DNA of 64,000 nt from Octopus vulgaris (GCA_951406725.2 OX597830.1:20460001-20524000), one strand, 5' to 3'. Positions 14,304 through 30,310 are shown, counted from the stretch's first letter. Made by a program: numbers and translations. The notes: generated from the letters alone by a model not told the origin.

Positions 14304-14654
14304 ACCACACATATACGAACACACAACTGTATAAAGAAAACTGTGCAAATTCTCACATGGTGACCATACACGCACACAAACACACTCACACGCGCACACA
14401 GACACACAGCCGCACACACACACACACACTTATACACACACACTTAGGTACCCAAGTATGTTCTTTTCTAGGCAGAAGGTCCGAAATTTGGGGGTGGGGG
14501 TGGCCAGTCGATTAGATCGACCCCCAGTACGCAACTGGTTCTTAATCTATCGACTCCAGAAGGATGAAAGGCAATGTCGACCTCGGCGGAATTTGAACTC
14601 AGAACGTAAAGACAGACGCGATAAAGGTACCCAAGTATATTAGTTCATACACAT

Positions 14655-14861
14655 CTCTTTTACTCTGTTTCAGTCATTTGACTGTGGCCATGCTGGAGCA
14701 CCGCCTTTAATCGAGCAACTCGACACCGGGACTTATTCTTTGTAAGCCCAGTACTTATTCTATCGGTCTCTTTTGCCGAACCGCTAAGTTATGGGGATGT
14801 GAAACACACCAGCATCGGTTGTCGAGCAATGCTAGGGGGACAAACACAGATACACAAACAT

Positions 14862-14936
<75 letters not shown>

Positions 14937-15099
14937 CGACGGGCTTCTTTCAGTTTCCGTCTACCAAATCCACTCACAAGGCTTTGGCCGGCCCGAGGCT
15001 ATAGTAGAAGACACTTGCCCAAGGTGCCACGCAGTGGGACTGAACCCGGAACCATGTGGTTGGTAAACAAGCTACTTACCACACAGCCACTCCTGCGCC
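14655..15099 (-). mobile_element. SINE family A, full length with internal (TA)n(TG)n
   Basis: Reverse complement of the element at 62871-63296. Confidence 0.9.
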
Positions 15100-17480
<2,381 letters not shown>

Positions 17481-17590
17481 CTTATCACATCACTGTCAAG
17501 AAGTACAAGCTATCTATTTCTTTAAAAGCAACGAATCTGCATAAGCCTCTCTCTCTTTCTACCTCTCTCACTCACTCACTCACTTCCTCA

Positions 17591-17650
<60 letters not shown>

Positions 17651-18301
17651 ATGCGTGTGCGCGTGCGTACGTCTCCCAGTCTGTCTATCAGTCTGTCTCT
17701 ATACGTGTACGTCCGTTAATCTTCGCAAAAAGCCCCCCAAACCCAGACCCCTCACAGCCCATCATCCCTTCTATAAAAACTCGACACAGGCTGGATACTG
17801 CAGTTTGCACTCTTCTAAAAGGAGGTAGAAAACGTTAAGCTGTTAATTGAAGGCAAGTGTTTCCCTCTTAGCTCGCCTTACCACTGTGACATCAATTTAT
17901 TGCGCTGTTTCAGCACATCTCCGTTCGGCTGGACGGCACCGCTTTTAATGGTTCACCTCTTTGTGTTCGTAAATATGTAAGCTTGTCTTTGTAAATAGAC
18001 AAGCTGGCTGAGCGTGTGCACGAATGCGTGCGTGCGAACCTGTGTGATGTGTGTGTGTTTCTATGCCTGTGATGCACATAAGAATCTATGTATGTATGTA
18101 TGTAAGTATGTATGTGTGTGTGTTTGTTCGTATTTAAATGTACCTTTGTATATGTGTTTATCTGCGCATGTCTGTGTGTTCATATTTATGTGTGTGTGTG
18201 GGTGTGTGTGTGTGTATGTGTGTGTGTACTCATATGTGTGTTTGTCCATATTTATATCTGTGTGTGTGTGTTTGTGTAACTATAACGCACATAAGAATCT
18301 A

Positions 18302-18336
<35 letters not shown>

Positions 18337-19194
18337 TCATATGTGCGTGTGTTCATTTTTATATCTGTGTGTGTGTTTGTGTGTTTGTGTGACTGTTACG
18401 CACATAAGAATCTATGTATATATGTATGTATGTGTGTGTCTGTGTTTGTCCGTATTTAAATGTACCTTTGTATATGTGTTTATCTGCGCATGTCTGTGTG
18501 TTCATATTTGTGTGTGTGTGTGTGTATTCCATATGTGCGTGTATCCATATTTATATCTGTGTGTGTGTGTTTGTGTGTGTGTGTGAGCGTGTGTTTGTGA
18601 GACTGTAACGCACATAAGAATCTATGTATGTGTGTATGTGTGTGTGTGTGTGTGTGTGTGCAAAAGTGAGCCTGTATGTGTTTATGTGTGTGTGTGTGTG
18701 AGTGTGTCTCTATTTATATTTATGTGTGCGTGCAGGTGCGTGTTGTATTTGTAATGTGTGTATAACTAAATATGTGAATGCGCGTGAGCATCGTGTGTGT
18801 GTGTGTGTGTGTGTGTGCGTTTGTTTGTGTACTTGATCGTGTGCTTGTGTGTGCATATGTGTGCGTGTGTGTGTATGGGCACGCGTGTGTGTGTATGAGC
18901 ATGCGTGTGTGTATGTGCGTATGTGCGTGTGTGCGATATGCATAATTATCTATGTGCGTGTGTCCGTATCTATATATTGTGTGTGAGCGCGCATGTACTT
19001 CTGTGCGTGTGTTCGTATTTATATGAGTATGTGTCAGTATTTATATGTGGGTCTGCACGTGTTACACGTCTGTGTGTGAGAGTGAGTGCATGTCTAGCGC
19101 GTGTGTGTGTGAAAGTGTGACTTTGCTTTCAGTTTGCAGTATAGATAATGTATTTAACTATGACAACACACACACATACAGACACACACACAAT

Positions 19195-19346
<152 letters not shown>

Positions 19347-19384
19347 AAGATAGATAGATAGATATTTGCATATATATATATATA

Positions 19385-20262
19385 CGTGGTCTGATCAATA
19401 AGTATCCGGATTGTTGCCATAATAACGAAGCTAAAGCACACAGGGTGAAGCTGCTTTGCACAGATTGACTTTGAACTCTGCTGTACATGTGCACTAGGTT
19501 TTAGCGTTCTAGCTCACTTTCGCTGTTTACCGCAGTGCTTGGAAGGAAGGTGTGTAGCATGTGATCGCCTCATTGACCATGTCAGAGAAAGTTGAGCAGA
19601 GAATCTACATCAAATTTTGCCAGAGGCCTACGCAAAGTTTTTGAAAGACTTTTCATCGTTCTCGACACAATCAAGGGGATCTTGTGCAACTGAAACCCGA
19701 ATGTCATTTTGGTCAGCTGTAAACAGTTTTGGCACAAACTTGGCAAAGACACGCGTCTCATACCTAAATATTCAGTGATAACGGGCTGAACTGAACCGTA
19801 ATTAATCTGCAAAATCCTCTGATAAGTCACGGTTGTTGTTTCAACGATTTCCCCTCACAGCCGCACGCACGTCTGCGATGTTTTTCTCGGTTCTGCTGGT
19901 TATGGGTCTCCCAGAACGTTTGTCAATATCGACATTTTTCCGTCCATCTTGGAAACGTCTGAACCAATTGTACACGTGTGTGCCATTCATACACCCCCCT
20001 CCTTGCATTTTCTTTAACCCTGCGTAAGGCCTCTGAGCAGGTATCGCCATGACAACTTTCTCTGTCATGGTCAATGCAACAATCACACACTACACACCTT
20101 CCTTCCAAGCACTGCAGTAAACAGCGGAAGTGAGCTACAGCGTTAAAAGTTAGTGCACATGCAGAGCAGAGTTGAAGGTCAATGTTTGCCAAGCGGCTTT
20201 ACTCTGCTTGCTTTAGCTTCGTAACTATAGCAACAGTCTGGGTACGTATTGATCAGATATCG
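19385..20262 (-). mobile_element. Mariner derivative with both ends formed from the element's 5' end (about 250 bp inverted arms)
   Basis: TA-flanked arms cgtggtctgatcaataagta.../...tacgtattgatcagatatcg. Interior encodes a decayed transposase N-terminus on the minus strand (VYNWFRRFQDGRKNVDIDKRSGRP...YGSVQPVITEYLGMRRVS). Confidence 0.85.
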
Positions 20263-20300
20263 TATAGACACTCACACAGACACATATATATATATATTTA

Positions 20301-20447
<147 letters not shown>

Positions 20448-20559
20448 TGATTGATAGATAGATATATCATATATATATATAAAGTTAAAAGAAAATGGAA
20501 AAGAAAAAATATAATAGATACTTCCTTCATTTTATTTCTATCACAATGGAAGAGTAATG

Positions 20560-20591
<32 letters not shown>

Positions 20592-20736
20592 TGTATGTAT
20601 GTATGTATGTATGTATGTATGTATGTATGTATGTATGTACGTACATAAATATAGATATATAAGTTGTCTACATTTGAATATTTCAAAATGTAGTCCTCAA
20701 ATTACTTGACTCGTAATTCAAGAAAATATACTTTCT

Positions 20737-20834
20737 ATCCCTGAAAATACCCGACAGAATATGGTTTTTCACATCTAAAATTGCTTGAATCATGACGATT
20801 CAAACATACTGTCGGTTTGAAACATACGTAGGAT
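20737..20834 (+). ncRNA. Type I hammerhead motif with long stem-loop II (G8>A)
   Basis: atcc CTGAAAA ..ccgacag...ctgtcgg.. GAAA CATACG TA ggat. Confidence 0.65.
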
Positions 20835-20859
20835 TGCTGTTTTCTTTTGATTATATATA

Positions 20860-21344
20860 TCTATATATATAAAACTCTAGTTGTGTGAGTGTCTGTCCCC
20901 TTCGATTTAGATTCCTAACTCCTCCCACATTTTGCGGTGCAGTTTAACCAAATTCGGGTATCTTATAGTCGTGATTCATTAGCGCGTCAACGATGAGTCT
21001 ACGATTTTAAAAATAATTTAACATCATTTTTTCTTCCATTTTAATGCATAATTTTTCGTGTGTCGATGGCAGCGGAGTTGGCGTCCACGCTCACAGCTGC
21101 ACCTGTTTGCTTCTCCCCCTTCCCTCCCTCGTGAAGCTGTGGGGAAGGGAGTGTAAAGAAATCAACGTCGTAAAGCGTTGTCAAGGAGACCAGCGTTCTT
21201 TTAGAACAACGACTTCATGACTTGAAGACACCAAAACAGAAATGGCTAAGAAAGCCCGAATTGGCATCTATAAAGGAAGTAACTCTCTAAAAATGCTTAT
21301 ATAGTTATTTCCCTTACAAACCCGAGCAACGCCGGGCGATACTG

Positions 21345-21348
<4 letters not shown>
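20860..21348 (+). mobile_element. Non-autonomous Helitron
   Basis: 5' TCTATATATATAAAA; 3' GC hairpin cccgagcaacgccggg (21321-21336) about 8 nt before a decayed CTAG; no TIR or TSD. Confidence 0.75.
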
Positions 21349-21404
<56 letters not shown>

Positions 21405-21656
21405 CGTTTGTTAATAAGAATCATCTCCCCTACACAGTAGCTCTGTGTTGGATTATATGATTGCTTCATTTGGTAGCCGTGTTTAATTAGTGGAGAGAAA
21501 ATTATCATACAGATAAGTTAAAATTTCTTTTTACTAACATTTCTTTTTCCTATTTTTATTCCACATTTCTGTTCATTATTTACTAAAGTAAAATTATTCC
21601 GATAACTTCTAGTTATATAATTTTAGTTTGTCATAGCAAAATAGGTTCATATAATC

Positions 21657-21762
21657 TAGACCTGAAGATTGACAATATAATCGTTTTAATATGTTATTGA
21701 ATTTCGAGACATTCTATTTCGCAATATCGAGGAATGTGTTGTCATGAAACGCGCGTAGTCTA
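21657..21762 (+). ncRNA. Type I hammerhead ribozyme motif, intact core
   Basis: tagac CTGAAGA t-tgacaa...ttgtca-t GAAA CGCGCG TA gtcta: 5-bp stem I, stem II of at least 6 bp, palindromic stem III. Confidence 0.8.
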
Positions 21763-22122
21763 TATAATGTAAAGTATATTATTTAGAATAAGAATTGAAG
21801 ATATTAATTTTGATAATGTTAATACGTAGTCCTATATGTACCTATCATGGATAATGTCGTTCAATGATGATTGAGTTGATTGAAGGTGATTCTGTCTCTT
21901 AAACCTGTCTATATATATGTATATAGTACAGTGAGTAATTCATTTTAGTACTACTAAATTGAACTTCTCTCCTCTCCGGACTCGGAAATAACTTCCCTAA
22001 TATATATATATATATATTCCTGTAAATTTGGAGTATATATATATGGCACCACCTGAAGAAGGGATTTAATGATGTTTCATGTTACCGCCATACTTTTGGC
22101 ACAACAACCCATTCGTGTAAAG

Positions 22123-22491
22123 CAGTGGTTCTCAGCGGGAGTTCATATGACCCTTGGGGGTGTCTATATAAAATTTTTGGGATCGAAGCAAGCGAAATAG
22201 TAAATTGGTCTACAGTGGTATTTAAGGGGTCCAGGTGTATTTATAGCAAGACACAATTAGGGTTCTTTCTCAAACACTTAACATGGCTCAACATGTTTCC
22301 GGCCACTTCAACATGCTTCCAGGGTGTTTTGTTGCAAACCTACACAAGTGAATGCGTGGGAAAACAGGAATTTTGAAAGAATTATCCATGAAACTAGATT
22401 TTAAACACTCAACTTGGCTATGGAGATCACCACAGTAAAATAGTAACCAAAGTGATCCATAAGTAAAAAGAAAAATGGTTAAGAACCATCA
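22123..22491. mobile_element. hAT/Charlie-like MITE
   Basis: Termini cagtggttctca... / ...ttaagaaccatc. Confidence 0.55.
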
Positions 22492-23900
22492 GTATGAAGA
22501 GTTAATGTTTCCAGAGATATATCTCAGTGTGGGTTGTTTATCTGGGATTTGTTGGAGATAGTCATCCAGAAACCGTGTGAATGTTATGAAGTCTTTTACT
22601 TTCTCGACGTGTCTCGATATGATGGTAAAAAGAGCAGGTCTAGTTGAGGTGAAATAGTTCTGTCTTCGTGTTATGACATAACGCGAGCATGGTTTTTGTA
22701 GAGGACGGATGGCACGGGAACCAAGCATTTAAAGTTGATACCAACATCCTTTGGATAATATTGATGGAATATTTTCCACATCGTACAAATGATATAGCAT
22801 TCACAGCAGTGTTTAAAGAAACAAGGTTTAAACTTCTTGAACTGATCCCAGAAATTAAGACTTATCATATCGTCTACTTTTTTTGTTATGTTTCATTTCT
22901 TATAATACTTTGTTTCTGTTGTAACATGGGTTCCTCCCAATGGTGGGATGTGTGATTGCCTTTGTACTGTAGTTGCTGTTTTACGCTAGTAGTCACAATA
23001 GTTACTAGTCATCGGATACCTATTTCTTTACTACCCACAAGGGGCTAAACACAGAGAGGACAAACAAGGACAGACAAACGGATTAAGTCGATTATATCGA
23101 CCCCAGTGCGTAACTTAAACTTATTTAATCGACCCCGAAAGGATGAAAAGCAAAGTCGACCTCGGCGGAATTTGAACTCAGAACGTAACGGCAGACGAAA
23201 TACGGCTACGCATTTCGGCCGGCGTGCTAACGTTTCTGCCAGCTCGCCGTTACTAGTCATCGGACACCGTTGTGTCTCGTCGTAGCGGAATAGTACCACA
23301 CTAACTTCTGTCTTGCTGATAGCTCCACAAGACACCGACTAGGACTGCCAACTCTCGACCCTCTCTTGACGACCGGCTCCTGGTCTATTTATAATGGCTG
23401 ACTCCTACCACTTTTTACCGGGTGGGAATAACAATTTCACTATACAACAGTTTCATGCTGGGAGCCCACTGCGGACAAAAAAAACACATGATAAGGAAGG
23501 AGAAACTACAGAAGAGAAGAATAATGTTCGAAGCATCCATACTCAGAAAGTTCTAAGCATCCAAGAGCACGTCTTGTGGGCTGCGTCGGCTTTTCTGCCT
23601 ATGTTGGGCGCTCCAGCATAAGTTCTTATCAACATTTACTCCGAGGTATCTAGCGGTGTTTGATTCTACGAAGGTAAAAGCCTAAGGGGAGAGTATATGG
23701 TAGCTTAAGTTCAAACTCTTCACCGAAGCGGATTTATTCAAATTTATCCTCATTTAACTGCTTGTTGTGCTTTTTCGCGGCGCATTGGATAACACTGAAC
23801 AGATCCGATTGAAGGTATGTCTGGTCTCTTACGGAATTGAAGTTCATGAGATTTGAGTCATCTGCGCAACTGCTTATGGTACTGAGTCTGATGACGTCTA
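22492..23900 (-). mobile_element. Decayed CR1-group LINE ORF2 (RT core to C-terminus), interrupted at about 22960-23500
   Basis: 23500-23900: ISSCADDS...LQSDL...LNEDKFE...RYLGVNVDKNL..W...CSWMLRTF. 22492-22950: LNFWDQFKK...YIICTMWKI...FLDDYLQQIPDK. Confidence 0.8.
23017..23248 (-). mobile_element. SINE family B, full length with 16-bp TSD
   Basis: Flanked by the direct repeat gttactagtcatcgga (23001-23016 and 23249-23264). Confidence 0.92.
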
Positions 23901-23924
23901 TGATATCATTATTATAAATAATGC

Positions 23925-23977
<53 letters not shown>

Positions 23978-24006
23978 GTGTATGTATGTGTGTGTATGTG
24001 TGTGAG

Positions 24007-24049
<43 letters not shown>

Positions 24050-24107
24050 GCATAAATACATACATAGAATCATAAATATGTGTGAGGGTGTAAGCATACA
24101 TAGATTC

Positions 24108-24141
<34 letters not shown>

Positions 24142-24160
24142 ATATATATATGTGTGTGTG

Positions 24161-24207
<47 letters not shown>

Positions 24208-24223
24208 GTATATATATATATAC

Positions 24224-24304
<81 letters not shown>

Positions 24305-24577
24305 CACACATATATGTGCATACATGTGTGTATTGGCTTCTTGTCGTACGTTGTATACATTTACGCCGGTCAAAAAATGTAAAAAAAAAAAACAACCGGT
24401 ACAGTTTTAGTTCCGTAACCTAGCAATCGATGTGGGGCCGATGTGATCTTCAAAGCCCTTTGAAGTCGTAACCCCAGCCTGGCCGTTGTCCAATGATAAA
24501 ATCATTAAAATAAAAACCCCCAAAGAAAAACTATATTTATATACACGTATATGTATGTATGTTTTTACTTTATATAC

Positions 24578-24635
<58 letters not shown>

Positions 24636-25209
24636 TATATGCATGATGTGTGTATGTGCTTGTGTGTGTAGCCATTTAGTGTCCAACTGATGTGCTCAAA
24701 GCCCAGGAGAAAACAATCGAAAGCACTCAAGTCTAATCATACGTCTAATGTCATCGCTATTGTTTGGGTGTACACTTAGATCACCTGTGTGGTTGTCTGC
24801 ATGTGTGTGTATGTGTCTGTGTGTGAATCTAATATATGATATATGTATGAATATACAGTATGTATATATTATGTATGTCAATATACAGTATGCATAAACT
24901 GAATTGGTCTAATATTTTTTTTATCAATTAATCTATCTTTATATTTATATAACAACCTCTCTGCGTCTTTCCATCTCACTATGTCTATGCGCGTGTGTGT
25001 GTCACACACATACATATATACATTACATGCACATGCACGCACACAAACATATGCACACACATAGATACACATATATATATATACTTATATATAGTAAAAT
25101 TAATATTCATATACATATATATTAAGGCGGCGAGAAGGCAGCATCATAAGCACATCGGGGAAAATGCTTAGCGACATCTTTACGCATGGAGTTCAGATTC
25201 CGCCGAGGT

Positions 25210-25295
25210 CATACATACATACATACATACATACATACATACATACATACATACATACATACATACATACATACATTCATATATATATACATACA

Positions 25296-25338
<43 letters not shown>

Positions 25339-25394
25339 CTACTTACTTACTTGCTTGCTTGCTTACTTGCTTGCTTACTAACTTGTTTGCTTCA

Positions 25395-25430
<36 letters not shown>

Positions 25431-25603
25431 ATGATTACTTGCTTGCATGCTTGCTTACTTGCTTGCTTACTTACTTGCTTGCTTCATTGCTTACTTGCTT
25501 GCTTGTTTGCTTTCTTGATTACTTGCTTGCTTTCTTGATTACTTGCTTGCTTGCTTGCTTACTTACTTTTTCTTACTTAGTTGCTTGTTTGCTTGCTTGC
25601 TTG

Positions 25604-25641
<38 letters not shown>

Positions 25642-26650
25642 TACTTACTTACTTACTTAATTGCTTGGTTGCTTGCTAGCTCGCTCGCTCGCTCACTCAC
25701 TCACATACTCACTCACTCACTCAATCACTCACTCACTCACTCACTCACTCAATCAATCAATCAATCAATCGCTCACTCACTCACTTATTACTCACTCACT
25801 TACCTACTTACTTACTTGCTTGCTTACTTACTTACATACTTAATTGCTTGCTTGCTTGCTTGCTAGCTCGCTCGCTCGCTCACTCACACACTCACTCACT
25901 CACTCAATCACTCACTCACTCAATCAATCAATAAATCAATCGCTCACTCACTCACTCACTCACTTATTACTCACTCACTTACTCACTTGCTTGCTTGCTT
26001 ACTTACTTATTTACTTGCTTACTTACTTGCTTGCTTGCTTACTTGCATGCCTACATACTTGCTTGCTTCCTTGCTTGCTTGCTTGATTAATTGATTACTT
26101 GCTTGTTTACTTACATGCATGCTTGCTTGCTTACTTACTTACTTACTTAGTTGCTTGCTTACTTGCTTGCTTACTTGCTTGCTTGCTTACTTACATACTT
26201 TCTTACTTACTTACGTATTTACTTACTTACTTGCTTGCTTGCTTGCTTGCTTGATTGATTGATTGATTGCTCGCTCGATCGATCGCTCACTCATTCACTC
26301 ACTCACTCACATTACTCACTCACTCACTCACTCACTCACTCACTCACTTATTTACTTACTTACTTGCTTGCTTGCTTACCAACTTGCTTGCTTCCTTGCT
26401 TGCTTGCTTGTTTGCATGCTTACTTGATTACTTGCTTGCTTGCTAGCTTGATTGCTTGCTTACTTGCTTGCAAAATTACTTGCTTGCTTGCTTGCTTGCT
26501 TACTTACTAACTAATTTACTAAGTTGCCTGCTTGCTTGCTTACTTGCTTGCTTGCGTGCTTGCTTGCTTGCATCCTTGCTTACTTACTTTCTTGCTTACT
26601 TACTTACTTACTTGCTTACTTACTTACTAGCATACTTACTTACTTCCTTA
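25210..26650. repeat. Compound tetranucleotide array (ACAT)>(ACTT)>(GCTT)>(GCTC)>(ACTC)>(AATC)
   Basis: Direct reading; a block of about 183 bp is repeated at about 25660 and 25843. Confidence 0.9.
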
Positions 26651-26716
26651 CAAGTTTTTACCAAAAATCGTTCTTTTCCATACCGAAATATATGGAAATT
26701 TATACGTCCTAGTGTA

Positions 26717-26757
<41 letters not shown>

Positions 26758-27271
26758 TATATCCTGGGTTAGTGGATATATGATTTTCATGATGTATTCA
26801 CCAGACGTAACTCCCGACTAACACACGGGAGATTACAACGCCTTCTGTTCTTTCAACGAGACGCGTTACACTTTATATAAGCGTCCGATGAGTCTACTTT
26901 TTAATCCCACGGGGGTGTTATGTCTATTGACTACCGCTGAAAGTTAAAATTTTTTTACACTAACAATATATATGTTCTTTTATTCTTTTATTTGTGTCAG
27001 TCATTTGACTGCGACCATGCTGGAGCTCAGCCTTTAGTCGAATAAATCGATCCTAGGAGTTATTCTTTGTAAATCTAGTACTTATTCTATCGGGCTCTTT
27101 TGCCGAACCGCTAGCTTACGGGGAGGTAAACACGCCAACATTGGTTGTAAATTAAGGATGAAAGGCAAAGTCGACCTCGGCGGAATTTAAACTGAGAACG
27201 TAGCGACGGGCGAAATACCGCTAAGCATTTCGTCCAGCTCGCCAGTTTCATTATAATAATACTACTACTGA

Positions 27272-27341
<70 letters not shown>

Positions 27342-27714
27342 TGTTGTTGTTGTTGTAGTATGGTTGAAATCCAAGGTTATTTTGAAAATCCTAAGATTGC
27401 TGGAAATTTATCGAGAGCCATGAAAGTATATTTTGTTTAGAAATTGTTTTATTTTGTGAAGTCCACACCTTGGACTTCATTTTCTTTATTAAGTAATACA
27501 GAAAATGAAGTCCACATAATTAATGCAGAAAATGAAGTCTTTAAAGAGACTACCTTTGAAAACTACATTCTTTATATTGTTACGCCCTGTGCTCCATCGG
27601 TCTCGTTTGCCGAAACGCTAAGTTATGGGAACGAAAACACATCAGCATCGGTTGTCAAGTGATGATGGACAAACCCAGACGCAAACACACACACACACAC
27701 ACACACAGATATAT

Positions 27715-27760
<46 letters not shown>

Positions 27761-27768
27761 TATACATA

Positions 27769-28227
27769 TAGTTTTTCAGTGTCTCGCCGACCTGCTCGAT
27801 GTGCTCGTGGCTAGACACTATGACGGTGACGTCGTCCGCGTATGCAGACACGCTCGTCCCGCATCCCAGTTCTCGCGGGATGCCCCTCAAAGTTGCCAGC
27901 TTCCGCAATAATGGCTCGAGAGTCAATACGTATAGAAGCGACGAGAGGGAGCATCCCTGACGGACCGAACGTGCGATGTCGAAGGGTCTCGATAGATGTC
28001 CATTCACGCGAATTACCGAACGGATGCCTCTGTACAAAGCGGCTATCCAGCCGCGGAAGACGGGACCGAAGCCAGCCGCTCTGAGGACCGCCTCCAAGTA
28101 TCGATGGCCCACCCTATTGACAGCTTTCGATTGATCCAAATTGATCAGCGCCCCACCCATGCCAGGTTCGTTAACTACTCTGTCTATGATGTAGCGCATC
28201 AGGTGGAGGTTGTCATGGATGGTCCGG
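27769..28227 (-). mobile_element. Tx1/L1-clade LINE reverse transcriptase fragment
   Basis: RTIHDNLHLMRYII...LINLDQSKAVNRV...GFGP..RGWIAALY...VNG...SVRQGCSLSSLLYVLTLEPLL...SAYADDVTV; open frame with the YADD motif. Confidence 0.92.
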
Positions 28228-28459
28228 AGATAGATAGATAGATATCAATTAAGAATCCAGGCACACCAATGTGTATGGACCCACCGATTGGCTAGAAGAA
28301 TCACACAGAAGAGATAGCGAAATAATTCAACATCCTATATACTAGCTATAGAGAAGAAATAGGTCATTCTCAATATTCTAATTATTTGCCATCGATCCCA
28401 CTAACAGGACATGACATCCCACTAACAGCACATGTATATGATAGATGAGTAGAGTTTAA

Positions 28460-28549
28460 ATTTGCGACAATTGTTTCGTTAAGAATCTTTATTTAATGTA
28501 ATCATAATACATCATACATTACATGGTTTTCCATGCTCATCAGGCGAAT
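28460..28549 (-). ncRNA. Type I hammerhead motif
   Basis: Minus strand: attcgc CTGATGA g...c GAAA CAATTG TC gcaaat; the base of stem II is weak. Confidence 0.6.
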
Positions 28550-28756
28550 CTAAACATAGTCAACCATTACTGGTCGATATTTCGACTTGTCCATTCGTCT
28601 GTCTATCTCTCTATCTATCGATTTATCTATCTATTTATCTATCTATCAATACCAACCTATCTATCTATCTATATATATATATATATATATCTGTCGACCT
28701 ATCTATCTATCTATTTATTTATCTATCTATCAATCTATCAGTCTATCTATCCATCC

Positions 28757-28804
<48 letters not shown>

Positions 28805-28984
28805 CTCTGTCGACCTATCTATCTATCTATTTATCTATCTATCTATTTATCTATATATCTATCAATACATATCTATCTGTCTATATATCTATGTATCTAT
28901 CTATCTATCTATCCATCCTTCCATCTATCTATTTATCTATCTATCTATCTATTTATCTGCCTATCTATCTATACATTCATCCAT

Positions 28985-29088
<104 letters not shown>

Positions 29089-29135
29089 TTATCTGCCTAT
29101 CTATCTATCCATCCATCCAGCTATCTATCTATCTG

Positions 29136-29167
<32 letters not shown>

Positions 29168-29749
29168 GTTATCTATCTACCTGTCTATCTATCTATTTCT
29201 ATTTTGTCCTCTTCCTCTATATGTGTGTGTCCGTATATACACACACGCACACATATTGCTCGCAAATGAGATCCAGATATTCTCAGTATAGAAGACAGTA
29301 GTGCTCAAACGAATCAAGCTTATTAATATAAATATCCATATATTTATACATAAAAATTCATCATCTGAAAGTTTCCACCGCGTTTTGCATGTACACATAT
29401 ATACATATATTGTATTTGATGTATCTAATATATTTGAGCTGTCTAATTTGTTTATCCGCATAATTGCTTCTACATATATACATGTGTGTGTATACACACA
29501 CATACATACACACACACGCAAACATGCACGCGCGCGCACGCACATGAACAGGTTTCCACGCACATTCCGTCTATTAAAACTCACTCAAAATTCATTATCC
29601 AGCCCAGAGCTATAGAAAGAGACTCTTGTCTGAGGTGCCGTGGAGTTGGACCGAACCCGAAACCATGTGGCATCACAGCCATGTTTATAAAAGTAATATT
29701 TAACCTCATACGATAGCAGTTGTTTTTCTTGTTGTTGTTGCTGTTGAGC

Positions 29750-30310
29750 GAAGCGGTCTTCGTCCCAGAGCTCGCAAGATGGGAGAAGTCCGAAACGTGG
29801 TCCTTTGCTATTCGTAAGACCCGCAGAAGAGAAAGCAGGTCAAACCCCCGACACCGAGAGCATCGAAGGATGGATGAATGCGCATCCAGGCTCAGCGGTT
29901 GCATAGGAAGTCGGGGACAAGAAACAGGAAGAAAGAGTGAGAAAAAGTTGCATATCATCGTCCCAGAGCTCGCAAGATGGGAGAAGTCCGAAACGTGGTC
30001 CTTTGCTATTCGTAAGACCCGCAGAAGAGAAAGCAGGTCAAACCCCCGACACCGAGAGCATCGACGGATGGATGAATGCGCATCCAGGCTCTGCGGTTGC
30101 GTAGGAAGTCGGGGACAAGAAACAGGAAGAAAGAGTGAGAGAAAGTTGTGGCGAAAGAGTACAACAGGGGTCGCCACCACCCCCTGCCGGAGCCTCGTGG
30201 AGCTTTTAGGTGTTTTCGCTCAATAAATACACACAACGCCCGGTCTGGGAATTGAAACCGCGATCCTACGACCGCAAGTCCGCTGCCCTAACCACTTGGC
30301 CATTGCGCCT
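29750..30310 (-). mobile_element. SINE family D with a 198-bp tandem duplication in its 3' part
   Basis: Head aggcgcaatggccaagtggttagg...; repeat units start at 29761 and 29959 (cgtcccagagctcgcaag). Confidence 0.85.

Noticed and set aside
18070-18640. CRISPR-like array from the recurring cacataagaatctatgta
   Set aside because: Spacing is irregular, the intervening sequences are themselves duplicated TG-rich repeats, and the context is eukaryotic with no cas genes.
26780-26950. Further hammerhead candidates (gagacgcgtt here; also near 4480, 22050, 24690, 46400 and 52200-52335)
   Set aside because: Only one core half, or several core mismatches with poor stems; not counted.
29720-30226. 168 and 199 aa ORFs with a 66-aa internal repeat
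   Set aside because: Explained by a 198-bp tandem duplication inside a SINE.
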